Source: Candidatus Hydrogenedentota bacterium (GTDB lineage Bacteria > Hydrogenedentota > Hydrogenedentia > Hydrogenedentales > SLHB01). Taken from it: a stretch of 64,000 bases of DNA. Numbering within the stretch: position 1 is the stretch's first letter; each line of letters begins with the position of its first letter. Below, piece after piece: positions 34,970-44,701 of the stretch. The stretch covers positions 32,001-96,000 of the forward strand of contig BTVY01000023.1 in NCBI GenBank assembly GCA_045863335.1. The letters run 5' to 3'. The notes under the pieces were generated by a model, which made no database searches, was not told the origin of the DNA, and saw only the letters and a program-made list of their open reading frames with translations. Position numbers and translations under genes: made by a program.

Positions 34970-37714
34970 ATGAGAACCACTCTTGTCATCGCCCTGACCG
35001 CATTCGTGCTTGCCGCCGCCGATGCCGCAGAACCCCTGCTCATGCGCGCGCCTTCCGGCGAAGCCTATGTCGAGCTGAACGAAACCGGCCGCACCATCCT
35101 TCCGAACGGGCGCTTCATCACACCCACCGGCACGATGATCCGCGTGCAGCCGCACCCGTACGGCCTGACCATGAGCGAGGACGGACGCTGGGTAGTGGCG
35201 GTGTGCAGCGACGATCCTCAATTGGCCATCCTCGATCTCGCGAACCCTGGCGAACCCCTCCTCTCGCACATCCCTGAAAACCTCGGCGAAGGCGAGGGCG
35301 TGCTGGACGCTGCCTTCATGGGCGCCGCGGTCGACCCTGCAAACAAGGTGGTCTACATCGCGGGCGGCGGCGACTGGAGCGTCGTGGCCTTCGACCTGGA
35401 AACGCGGGAACGCCTTTTCCGGATCGACTGCGCCCACGAGAATGAGGACGGCGATTTCACCTTCGGATACACCGGCGACCTGCGCCTCTCCGCCGACGGG
35501 AAGACGATCTACGCGGTCGACCAGTCGAACTTCCGCTTTCTCATTATCGATGTGGAATCGCAATCCCTGCGCAAGTCCATCGGCGTCGGGCGGTACCCCT
35601 TTGGGATTACTTTGTCGCCGGACGGCAAGAAGGCCTACGTCGCCAACGTGGGCATGTTCGAGTACTCCTACGTGCGCGACGAAAAGGGCGGTATCGCTTC
35701 GCTCGAATTTCCTCCGTACGGCGTGCCGTCCAAGGATGCAAAGCGCGGCGTGGAGATCGACGGCAAAAAAGTCGAAGGCCTCGGCGATCCCAATGACATT
35801 CGCGGCATGTCCGTCTGGACGGTCGACATCTCCAAACCCGGCAAGGAGAAGGTCGTCGGCAAAACGAAGACCGGTCATCTCGTGGGCGAGAAGCTGGAAG
35901 ACTTCCCGGCGGTGGGCGGCAGCAGTCCAAATTCCATGGCCGCCACCGAGAAGTACGTCTACGTCTCCAACGGCAGCAATGACAGCATCAGCGTCATCAA
36001 TCCCAAAAGCGGCAAGCGGCAGCACGACATCGATCTCGTGCTGGATTCCCGCGTCAATCACATCCGCGGCATGATCCCCTTCGGCGTGGCGCTCTCGCCG
36101 GATCGGGAGATCCTCTATGTCGCCGAGGCCGGTATCAACGCCATCGGTGTCGTGCGTCTGTCCGACGAAAAGGTGCTGGGCCATATCCCGACGGCGTGGT
36201 TCCCGAGCAAGCTTGCGGTTTCGCCCGACGGTAAGCGGCTCTACGTGGCCTGCGCGAAAGGCATCGGGTCGGGACCGAACGCGGGCCCCGGACACAAGGC
36301 CGGCGACCCGACCGGCATCGGCGCGCTTATGCGGGGGTACATCAACATCATCGATCTCCCGCAATCCCAGGAAGCACTCGACGCCATGACGCGGCAAGTC
36401 ATCGAAAACAACGTGGAGTTCTATGCCTTGTCCGATGACACTCGCCCGCAGGGACATCCCGTCCCGCCCGCGCCCGGCACGTGGGAAAGCCCCATCAAGC
36501 ACGTCATCTACGTGACAAAAGAGAACCGGACCTATGACGAGGTCTTCGGCGCGCTGCCGGGCGGCCGCGGCGACGCGGAATTATGCCGGCTTGGCAGACC
36601 TATTGACGTCTCGAACAAAGACAATTCGCGCACGGTGAAGGATGTCGTGCTCATGCCGAATCACGTGGCCCTCGCAAAACGCTTCGCCGTCAGCGACAAT
36701 TTCTATTGCGACTCCGACCACTCCGTCGACGGCCACCGCTGGCTCGTCGGCACCTACCCCAACGAGTTCATGGAAGCCAAGATCGGCGAAAACGCCAAGG
36801 GCGACGGCCCCGGCAACCACATGTTCATCGGCTCGTCCGGCGCGATTTATCCGGAGGACTACAATGAGGCGGGCGCGATCTGGGAACACTTCGCGCGGGG
36901 CGAACTGCGCTTCCGCAACTACGGTCTCGGTTTCGAGTTCAAGCCCCAACTCGAAGAGCAGGAGTACAAGTACACGGGCATCCGCCTGCCCATCAACTAT
37001 CCCATGCCGGAGGTCTTGTTCCAGAACACCTCGCGCGAATTCGCCACCTACAACACGAGCGTGCCCGACCAGTTCCGCATGGACATGTTCCAGAAGGAAT
37101 TCGAAGAGCGCTGGCTCAGCGGCAAAGAAGAATTCCCCGACATCATCACCATGATGTTGCCCAACGACCACGGCGCTGGCGAACGGCCTGACGACGGGTA
37201 TCCCTTCTGGGGATCCTACATGAGCGACAACGATCTCGCGCTGGGCCGGCTCGTCGAACTCATCAGTCACAGTCCATTCTGGAAGAACACGATCATCATG
37301 GTCACCGAAGACGACGCCCAAGGCTACCGCGACACCGTCGATGCCCATCGCTCCATCTGCATGGTCATTGGACCCTACGCAAAGCGGGGATATGTTTCTC
37401 ACCAACACGTGAGCATGTCGAGCATGCTGAAAACCATGTTCCTTATTCATGGCTTGCCCGCGCTGAACCAGTACGACGGATTCGCCACGGACCTCGCCGA
37501 CATGTTCACCATGGAGCCCGCGAACGCCGAACCTTACAACGCCCTTCCCGTGAACGCGGAGATCTTCGATCCGCAGAAAGCCTTCGATCCCCTGGACGAA
37601 GAGTTCGACTGGGAAGCCGCTACCGAGTACACCTCGGTCGACGACCAGGAATACCTCGACACCGATCCCTACGGCCACAGCGGCGAGTCCGGCCACGTGG
37701 CCCGGACGGAGTAG
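34970..37714 (+). CDS. Bifunctional YncE-like beta-propeller / phosphoesterase (alkaline phosphatase superfamily)
   Basis: YVTN-like repeats (YVSNGSNDSISVI), then IKHVIYVTKENRTYD, DNFY...S.DGH.W, LPNDH, EDDAQ...D.VDAHR. Confidence 0.88.
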   Translation: MRTTLVIALTAFVLAAADAAEPLLMRAPSGEAYVELNETGRTILPNGRFITPTGTMIRVQPHPYGLTMSEDGRWVVAVCSDDPQLAILDLANPGEPLLSHIPENLGEGEGVLDAAFMGAAVDPANKVVYIAGGGDWSVVAFDLETRERLFRIDCAHENEDGDFTFGYTGDLRLSADGKTIYAVDQSNFRFLIIDVESQSLRKSIGVGRYPFGITLSPDGKKAYVANVGMFEYSYVRDEKGGIASLEFPPYGVPSKDAKRGVEIDGKKVEGLGDPNDIRGMSVWTVDISKPGKEKVVGKTKTGHLVGEKLEDFPAVGGSSPNSMAATEKYVYVSNGSNDSISVINPKSGKRQHDIDLVLDSRVNHIRGMIPFGVALSPDREILYVAEAGINAIGVVRLSDEKVLGHIPTAWFPSKLAVSPDGKRLYVACAKGIGSGPNAGPGHKAGDPTGIGALMRGYINIIDLPQSQEALDAMTRQVIENNVEFYALSDDTRPQGHPVPPAPGTWESPIKHVIYVTKENRTYDEVFGALPGGRGDAELCRLGRPIDVSNKDNSRTVKDVVLMPNHVALAKRFAVSDNFYCDSDHSVDGHRWLVGTYPNEFMEAKIGENAKGDGPGNHMFIGSSGAIYPEDYNEAGAIWEHFARGELRFRNYGLGFEFKPQLEEQEYKYTGIRLPINYPMPEVLFQNTSREFATYNTSVPDQFRMDMFQKEFEERWLSGKEEFPDIITMMLPNDHGAGERPDDGYPFWGSYMSDNDLALGRLVELISHSPFWKNTIIMVTEDDAQGYRDTVDAHRSICMVIGPYAKRGYVSHQHVSMSSMLKTMFLIHGLPALNQYDGFATDLADMFTMEPANAEPYNALPVNAEIFDPQKAFDPLDEEFDWEAATEYTSVDDQEYLDTDPYGHSGESGHVARTE

Positions 37715-37788
37715 CAGGCCGTATCTCTCCAACTAACAATAGGCTTGATACGTTGAATAACCCGTGACTGGAGACGATATTTCTCAAA

Positions 37789-37860
37789 ATCGCTATCGGG
37801 ATCGGGATCGAAATCGTGCGGCACTTCGATACCGATCCCGATAGCGATACCGATACCGAT
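37789..37860. repeat. Hexamer-built (ATCGGG/CCCGAT) inverted repeat
   Basis: atcgctatcgggatcgggatcgaa pairs with ttcgataccgatcccgatagcgat (1 mismatch). Extra accgat units follow. Confidence 0.8.
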
Positions 37861-37981
37861 GAGGCCGTGAACGCGAACCGCAGTCGTTTCCAATCATGGA
37901 CATCACCCCCGCCATTCGATAGGATAAGGGGAATCGAGACGAACGGGCGCATTCCGCCAATCCAGGAAGGGACGTGCAACG

Positions 37982-38764
37982 ATGAGACTTGGCATGGTGA
38001 CCTACAACATGGGCAAGGATATGGACCTGCCCACGCTGATCAAGTTCTGCGAAGACACTGGATTGGGAGGCGTGGAACTGCGCACGACTCACGCCCACGG
38101 CGTCGAAGTCGAGTTGTCCGCCGCGGAACGGGCGGAGGTGAGAAGCCGCTTCGCCGATTCCCCGGTCGAAATCGCCGGCCTCGGCTCGGCGTTCGAGTAC
38201 CACAGCCCCGATCCCGCCGTCGTCAAGGAGAACATCGAAGGCTCCATCACCTACGCGCGGCTCGCGGCCGACGTGGGCGCGTCCGGAATCAAGGTACGTC
38301 CGAACGGTTTGCCGGAAGAAGTGCCCGTCGAGAAGACTTGCGAACAAATCGGCAAGGCCATGCGGCAAGTCGCCCAGTTCGCGGGCGACATCGGCGTGGA
38401 AGTGCGCCTCGAAGTGCACGGGAAAAATTCGTCGGACCCGAAGATCATCCGCAAGATCATGGATTATGCCGACCATCCCATGGCCACCGTCTGCTGGAAT
38501 TCCAACGGCACCGACATGGATGCGAACCAGAGCATCGAAGAGAACTTCAACCTGCTCAAGGACAAGATCACCCATTGCCACATCACGGAAATCGGCGTGT
38601 ATCAGTATCCCTGGCAGGACCTGTTCAACCGCCTGAAAGCGATGGACTACCAGGGCTGGTGCCTGGCCGAGATCCAGTACAACGAACAGCCGGAGCGGTT
38701 CATGAAGTTTTATCGCACGCTGTTCGATCTGTACACCGGCAACTATTCCTGGCCCCACGATTAG
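37982..38764 (+). CDS. Sugar phosphate isomerase/epimerase (xylose-isomerase-like TIM barrel)
   Basis: GVELRTTHAHGVE, RLEVHG, HCHITE, GWCLAE. Confidence 0.85.
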   Translation: MRLGMVTYNMGKDMDLPTLIKFCEDTGLGGVELRTTHAHGVEVELSAAERAEVRSRFADSPVEIAGLGSAFEYHSPDPAVVKENIEGSITYARLAADVGASGIKVRPNGLPEEVPVEKTCEQIGKAMRQVAQFAGDIGVEVRLEVHGKNSSDPKIIRKIMDYADHPMATVCWNSNGTDMDANQSIEENFNLLKDKITHCHITEIGVYQYPWQDLFNRLKAMDYQGWCLAEIQYNEQPERFMKFYRTLFDLYTGNYSWPHD

Positions 38765-38774
38765 CGCCCATCCG

Positions 38775-39566
38775 GTGACGGCGATGTCGCACCCCACCAT
38801 CGAAGCGCCCCCACCGCTGCCGCCATCCGAACCCCGCCCCTGGGGATTCTGGATGACGACGGCGTTCACCGTGGCCATCTACGGCATTTACATCGTGATT
38901 CAGACCGGGATAGGTGTCATCATGGCGGTGCTGTGGTCCGTGCGCCAAGGGGGTGCCGACCCCAGCGCGTACGCTGAAGACCTCATGAACAACGGCCTGT
39001 TTGTCGCCGTGGCTACACTCGTTGCGGGCCCCCTGTGCATCCTGGTCACGCTGGCCCTGGCGCACTTCCGCAAGGGAATCACGCTGCGCGACTATCTCGC
39101 GCTCCGGCGCCCCCCCATTCTCCAGTCCATCGGCTGGACGGTCCTAACCGTCGTCGTGTTGTTCGGCATGGACTCCGTCCGCATTGCCGTCGGCGAACCG
39201 CTGGTCCCGGAGATCGTCGTCGCGTGGTACGAAACCGCCGTTCTCCTGCCCGTGCTCGTCCTGGCCATCGTCGTGACCGCCCCCGTCATGGAAGAACTCG
39301 TCACCCGCGGTTTCATGTATCGCGGCCTCGCCGCGTCCCGCGTGGGGATCCCGGGCGCGATTGTGCTCACGTCGCTCTTCTGGGCCGCCCTGCACTTCGG
39401 ACAGTACAACTTGCTCAACACCGGGATGATCTTCCTCTTCGGCCTCATCCTCGGCGGCGCCCGCGCAACATCCGGCTCGATCTACCTCCCCCTCTTCCTC
39501 CACGCCCTCAACAACGGTATCTCCACCTTCCAGATCGCGTACTTCATCGGACAAGCGGGCCAATAG
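38775..39566 (+). CDS. CPBP (CAAX protease-like) intramembrane metalloprotease
   Basis: APVMEELVTRG, FWAALH, LHALNN. Multi-TM. Confidence 0.9.
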   Translation: MTAMSHPTIEAPPPLPPSEPRPWGFWMTTAFTVAIYGIYIVIQTGIGVIMAVLWSVRQGGADPSAYAEDLMNNGLFVAVATLVAGPLCILVTLALAHFRKGITLRDYLALRRPPILQSIGWTVLTVVVLFGMDSVRIAVGEPLVPEIVVAWYETAVLLPVLVLAIVVTAPVMEELVTRGFMYRGLAASRVGIPGAIVLTSLFWAALHFGQYNLLNTGMIFLFGLILGGARATSGSIYLPLFLHALNNGISTFQIAYFIGQAGQ

Positions 39567-39707
39567 CGATTTCGTCTAGCCGAACCAACGGATCACCCGA
39601 AGCGGTGGCGACGAGTACAGTCCCGAAGTGAGGAACTTGGTATCTTTTCCGAATGAGCCACAACCCGTCATAGCGCTTTCTTTAACCATGTCCGCTCTTC
39701 AGAGACA

Positions 39708-39793
39708 CGGCGGCGCCAAGCCGCCGGAGTGGCCCGACGGGCCTAAATACAAATAGCCCTGGGTTGACGCGCGACCCGTGCGGCTACCCAGGG
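39708..39793. repeat. Cluster of REP-like hairpins between convergent genes
   Basis: cggcggcgccaagccgccg, ggcccgacgggcc, and ccctgggt...acccaggg. Confidence 0.5.
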
Positions 39794-39852
39794 TATCGGG
39801 CGTACTCTTCTCGGAAATCCCCTGTAAGGGGTACATAGCTGGCGGAGACGAT

Positions 39853-40566
39853 CTAATCCCGCGACATGAAGAGCCGGAGCACGTACCAGAACAGCAGGGC
39901 CACGCTGGCAAACAAGGCAAGCGACGCGGCGACATGCTGGCCGATGTGGTACTCGTGAAGGATATTGGATGTGTTGTAGAGGATGTACGCGCAGGCGAAT
40001 CCGATCATCAGCACCGTGAACAGCACGCCGAGATTGAACCCAAACAGGATGCTGCACACGATCACGCCCAGCGCGACAATCCCCGCCACGCCGAGGAAGG
40101 GTCCCAGGAAGGAAAAGTTCTTGCGCGTGAAGAACACGAATACGGTCAATGCCGCAAAGATACCAATCGTCGCAATCGCCGCGGACGGGATAACGCCCGG
40201 CCCGCCGAACCGCGTGGCCACGTAGAGCATGGGTAGAAAAAGGAAGGCTTCGGCCACCACGTACAAACCCAGGCCCATGTATTGGGTGGAGAGTGAAGTC
40301 GTCGAAACCGCCCAACGGTTGGCAATGTAGCTGACACCCATGAATCCGCCCAGCACCAACATCCACATGTAGCCATTCGTCATGGCCATGGTCATCTGTT
40401 CCGCGATGGGCAGACTCAGCAACACCGCTTCGATGGCAATGAACGCGACGATCGCCCCGAGCAGGTGCAGGTACGTCTTGACAATGAACGACGAGCGTTC
40501 GTCCACGGATGCCTGATCGGCCAGGGTGTACTCAGCAGGTCGTAAGGTCTGGGCGTCGTAGCTCAT
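39853..40566 (-). CDS. Bax inhibitor-1/YccA family membrane protein
   Basis: RSSFIVKTYLHL, RKNFSFLGPFL, YILYNTSNI...Y...AASLALF...LF..VLRL. 7 TM. Confidence 0.9.
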   Translation of the reverse strand: MSYDAQTLRPAEYTLADQASVDERSSFIVKTYLHLLGAIVAFIAIEAVLLSLPIAEQMTMAMTNGYMWMLVLGGFMGVSYIANRWAVSTTSLSTQYMGLGLYVVAEAFLFLPMLYVATRFGGPGVIPSAAIATIGIFAALTVFVFFTRKNFSFLGPFLGVAGIVALGVIVCSILFGFNLGVLFTVLMIGFACAYILYNTSNILHEYHIGQHVAASLALFASVALLFWYVLRLFMSRD

Positions 40567-40648
40567 GGGGGAGCGCCTCCTGTTGGTGTGAGTGCCTTCT
40601 GCACGCCGCTATCGTACTACGCGCCCCCGCAGAATGGCAACGGGAAGG

Positions 40649-40786
40649 GAATTGTGAATTAAGAATCAAGAATTAAGAATTAAGAAAGTGATGATACGAG
40701 CCGGGTGCGCGCCCGTGAGTAAACTCAAGAGTAGGAAAGATTTCTCGAGTCTTCCATCCCCAATTCATAATTCGTAATTCGTAATT
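40649..40786. repeat. AT-rich heptamer-built (GAATTAA / TAATTCG) inverted element
   Basis: gaattgtgaattaagaatcaagaattaagaattaagaa ... aattcataattcgtaattcgtaatt. Confidence 0.75.
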
Positions 40787-40794
40787 TCCATTTC

Positions 40795-43077
40795 TCATCC
40801 TCCTTTCGCGGCTCTAAACTGAAGCACATCACCGGTCTCCGTCTCCAGGGCGGCGATCCCGTCCGCCGTCTCGACGGGCGTCCAGGCACTGCCGTTTCGT
40901 TGCATTTCCGCTTTCCCCCACGGGAGCGCGGCGCGCAGCGTGCCGCCAACCGTACTGGCAACCCGGAGTTCGCTTACGTTTCCTTCCGCAATTGCGGCGC
41001 TGACGAGAAACCCTCCTTGGGTGCGCAAGTTCTCGAAAGACCCGGGGATATGCGATGGCCATGCGGGGAACACGCGAACCACGTCGCCGACGCTTTGCAG
41101 CAGCAGTTCCATGACGGGCAAGGCCGCTCCGAACATCTCCGTGTAGTGCCCGAAGTCGTTGAACCGGAAACGCGGATCGAGACGATTAAAACTCAGCGTG
41201 CCGTTGCGGCGCTCGCGCCACATCAACTCCGTGCGCAGGAAGTCGTGGGCGTCGGCCGTGCTGAGGCGCGCGCGCGTGACGGCCAGCATCACGGGGGCGT
41301 TGTTCCCGTTGTGCTGCAAGTGCTGGAGCGTGTTGGTAAACAAGGCCCGCTCTGGATCAGGCGATGCGAAGGTCACCACATCGCCGGGAAACACCGGCGT
41401 GGTCGGCACGGGGATGTTGTATTCGATGGGCGGCGCGTCCTCCACGTCGACAACAATATTCGGATCGTCGCTCCAAACGGGATAGTCCGGCAGAAGCGCT
41501 TCCGCCGCGCGCCACTCTTCGATCTTGTCTGCGTCCACACCCAACGTCGTAGCGCCCTCGATGGCGGCGTTGAATATGTAGCGGAACATAGCAATGTCGA
41601 AGGTGCAATTCCGGTTCCGCTCGAAGTTCTCCGTCCACCCCCAATGCTCCGGCGATACGCTCGGCGCGAGCACAACATGGTCGCCGTCGCGTTCGCATTG
41701 GGCGACGAAGTCGGCCTGAAAATCGGCCACGTCCCGCACTGCGGGATAGGCCACGTCCCGCAGGAATTCCGGGTCGGGATCGTACTTGTAGTGCCACCAC
41801 AAGGGCTGCACGCTGAACCCGTTTACGCCCTGCGTGAATCCCCACTCGTGGTGAATGTACTGTCGGCCTCCGGGCGATTTGCATGCGGCCGGCTCCGGCG
41901 GTTCGTAGGCAAACAACACGTGCGGGATGTACGCGCCGTCCATGTCGAAGATGGTCCGCGCCATCCACCGCGCGCGCGGCAGATACTCGGAAATGAGCCG
42001 GTCGTAGGGTTCCGTCAGTTCGCACTGGTTCGCCGCGTACGCCGACCAGTAGGTCTGCTGGATGTTGTAGTTGGTGTGATAGTCGCCGTGCCACGCGGGC
42101 TTGTCGTCGAGCAACCCCGCGAAGAGGCCCGTGCTCACGACGCCGGGTTTCGACACGCAGCGCAGGAAGTACAGGTTCCGGTACCACACGCGTTCAAGGA
42201 CGGGATCATCAATCGAAATGCCGCTTCTACTCCAGAAGTCGGCCCAAGCCGATTCATGTGATCCGGGATTCGTTGGCGACGCCGGCTGCACGGCACCATG
42301 GGCGATGGTCATGGCCAACCGCTTCGGATTCTCGTTCTCAAGCGAGGTCACCACCGAGGCCGACGCGGCGCCCTCGTGTTGCGCCATTGCAACGGCGAAT
42401 GACATGCCCGGCCAATCTAAATCACCGGGAATATCCTGCGCCGCCCAGACAACGCCCTCTTCCGTTCCGGTCTCGGCGGCGGGGATTCCCTCCGACGCAA
42501 TTGCTTCCAGCGAGGACTCCAACGTCCCCGAGGAATGCTCTACCAAAACTTGATTTGAGTCCGCGGGAATGACGACCGTGTAAGCGCCGCTTGCCGAGTG
42601 TATTTCGATACGCGCGCGCCGCAGATCGAGCTTCGCCACCAGCGGAGGCGCCGCGGCATCCGTGATCCGCATGACGCCACAAGCGCGCGGGCATGGGTAG
42701 GGGTTCGCGTGGTACGAGTCTGGCTTTTCCCAGGTGCTGCCTTCGGGGAGAATCAAGGTGCGATCCTCCCAGGGCCCGGCCGTGCCGAGTTCCTTCAACC
42801 GTTCCAGCGTGGGGATCGGCGGGTCCAGCGCCGACTCAAGACGCGCATCCCACACATCGTTCTTCGTGATGCGGATGACGAGATCATTGCCCTCCGCAAA
42901 GACAAGCGCGTTCAGATCGCCGTTGCCGATGAGGAGTGCGTCGTTGATGGGATCATCCAACGTGGCCAACGTGACCGCTGCGCGATCCAGCGCCTCCGGA
43001 TACGGAACGTCTGCGACAGTGACTGGGCACACATAGACGAGTGCAATCGCCAGTAAACGTAACATCAAGTTAGTCAT
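40795..43077 (-). CDS. Secreted GH95-like glycoside hydrolase
   Basis: DALLIGNGD, WADFWSRS, WHGDYHTNYNIQQTYW, PSVSPEH, LLLQS....RVFPAWP...F.NLRTQGGFLVSA. Confidence 0.75.
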   Translation of the reverse strand: MTNLMLRLLAIALVYVCPVTVADVPYPEALDRAAVTLATLDDPINDALLIGNGDLNALVFAEGNDLVIRITKNDVWDARLESALDPPIPTLERLKELGTAGPWEDRTLILPEGSTWEKPDSYHANPYPCPRACGVMRITDAAAPPLVAKLDLRRARIEIHSASGAYTVVIPADSNQVLVEHSSGTLESSLEAIASEGIPAAETGTEEGVVWAAQDIPGDLDWPGMSFAVAMAQHEGAASASVVTSLENENPKRLAMTIAHGAVQPASPTNPGSHESAWADFWSRSGISIDDPVLERVWYRNLYFLRCVSKPGVVSTGLFAGLLDDKPAWHGDYHTNYNIQQTYWSAYAANQCELTEPYDRLISEYLPRARWMARTIFDMDGAYIPHVLFAYEPPEPAACKSPGGRQYIHHEWGFTQGVNGFSVQPLWWHYKYDPDPEFLRDVAYPAVRDVADFQADFVAQCERDGDHVVLAPSVSPEHWGWTENFERNRNCTFDIAMFRYIFNAAIEGATTLGVDADKIEEWRAAEALLPDYPVWSDDPNIVVDVEDAPPIEYNIPVPTTPVFPGDVVTFASPDPERALFTNTLQHLQHNGNNAPVMLAVTRARLSTADAHDFLRTELMWRERRNGTLSFNRLDPRFRFNDFGHYTEMFGAALPVMELLLQSVGDVVRVFPAWPSHIPGSFENLRTQGGFLVSAAIAEGNVSELRVASTVGGTLRAALPWGKAEMQRNGSAWTPVETADGIAALETETGDVLQFRAAKGG

Positions 43078-43128
43078 TCTGTTCCCCCTCCGTAGCCGCT
43101 ACCGCGAACATTGAAGCGCTCGTCGCCC

Positions 43129-44547
43129 TCACTTCACCTGCCAGTGTTCGTTATCGGTTCGCGCGACTTTCAAGTATTCCTCGATGCGTTGGATCACGTC
43201 GGGATGTTCCTCCGCGACGTTATTCGTTTCTCCGATATCCGTGGAGAGATCGTAGAGTTCCAGCGGCTCGTCCTTCCCGTTCCGGACCGCTTTCCAGTCG
43301 CCGCTGCGTACCCCCTGCTTGAATCCGCCTTCATGAAACTCCCAGTACAGATACTCGTGCTGCTTCTGCACGGGCTTGATGCCGCCCATGCCATGAAGAC
43401 GAAGGGTCTGCACCATGGACATGCCGTCGATCCCATCTGGCGCTTCGCCGCCCGCGAGTTCGACCGCCGTGGGTAGAAAGTCCCAGAAGGCCCACACCTG
43501 ATCGCTGGTCTGTCCCGCGTTCAAGGTGCCGGGCCAGCGCACGATCATGGGCACGCGAATGCCGCCTTCATAGAGATCGCGCTTGATCCCTTTGAGCGGA
43601 CCATTACTGTCGAAGAAGTCGGGGTCGGCGCCCCCTTCCCGGTGTGGACCATTGTCGCTGGTGAAAAACACGATGGTATTCTCGTCGATCCCCAGTTCCT
43701 TCAAGCGGTCCATGAGCCGGCCCACATCTTGGTCCATCCGCGTAATCATCGCGGCGTGGCCTTTCTGCGGATTCGCCCATTCCTTTTCCGCGTAGCTCCC
43801 GTAGTCGGGCACTTCCATGCCGTCGCCGGTGGCACGTCCCCCCTCGTTGTTCGCGTGGGGCGTGGTCAGCGCAAAGTAGAGGAAGAACGGCTCATCCTGA
43901 TGGCGGTTGACAAAATCGAGGGCCTCCTGCGCGAAGAGGTCGTGCGAGTACGTCTCGCGTTCTATCGCGACGCCCTTGTCTGTCTCGCTCTGCACGTTTT
44001 CCGGCAGTTCGACGCGTTCCTCGTTTCGCCACAGGTGGTCGGGGTAGTAGTTGTGCGCGTGGCCCTGGTCAAGGTACCCGAAAAAGTAATCAAACCCCTG
44101 TTTGTTGGGCACGCCCGTCGTTTCTTCATTGCCGAGCCCCCATTTGCCGACGAGACCGGTGGTGTACCCCTGTTCTTTCAGCAGTTCCGCGACGGTCACG
44201 TCTTCGGGCCGCAACGGAACGCGTGCATTGCCGCGAATCCAGCAGTGTCCCGTGTGAAGTCCCGTCATGAGGGCGCAACGCGACGGCGCACACACCGTGC
44301 TGCCCGCGTAACATTGTGTGAACCGGATGCCTTCTTCCGCGAGTTGATCGATGCGCGGCGTCTGAATGACGTCCTGGCCGTAGCACCCGAGATCGCCGTA
44401 GCCGAGGTCGTCGGCCATGATGTAGATGATATTGGGACGACGGCCGCTTGCTCCCGCTTTCGCAGCACCCGCGCAGGCGCTCGCAACCAGTCCGCTGCCC
44501 GCCGCCAATCCCGCGCTGCGCAGCCACTCCCGCCGGTTCATTCGCAT
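43129..44547 (-). CDS. Tat-exported arylsulfatase (formylglycine type)
   Basis: NRREWL Tat signal, PNIIYIMADDLGYGD, CAPSR..LMTG, GKWGLG, FTSDNG. Confidence 0.95.
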   Translation of the reverse strand: MRMNRREWLRSAGLAAGSGLVASACAGAAKAGASGRRPNIIYIMADDLGYGDLGCYGQDVIQTPRIDQLAEEGIRFTQCYAGSTVCAPSRCALMTGLHTGHCWIRGNARVPLRPEDVTVAELLKEQGYTTGLVGKWGLGNEETTGVPNKQGFDYFFGYLDQGHAHNYYPDHLWRNEERVELPENVQSETDKGVAIERETYSHDLFAQEALDFVNRHQDEPFFLYFALTTPHANNEGGRATGDGMEVPDYGSYAEKEWANPQKGHAAMITRMDQDVGRLMDRLKELGIDENTIVFFTSDNGPHREGGADPDFFDSNGPLKGIKRDLYEGGIRVPMIVRWPGTLNAGQTSDQVWAFWDFLPTAVELAGGEAPDGIDGMSMVQTLRLHGMGGIKPVQKQHEYLYWEFHEGGFKQGVRSGDWKAVRNGKDEPLELYDLSTDIGETNNVAEEHPDVIQRIEEYLKVARTDNEHWQVK

Positions 44548-44701
44548 CGTGGATTCCTCCCTCATCCATGCTGACATTTAGCCCTCCTATCTTAGTGCCT
44601 GGAGCCGGCCGCGACAACTGCAGACCAAACGACATCGCAAAACATCCTCTTCCACCGCACACATTGTCTGCGCTTTCGTGCTCCTGCTATTGTTGCGCGC
44701 T

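Noticed and set aside
37816-38778. 320-aa ORF beginning with DTDPDSDTDTD
   Set aside because: Translation of the hexamer repeat running into an alternate frame of the isomerase gene.
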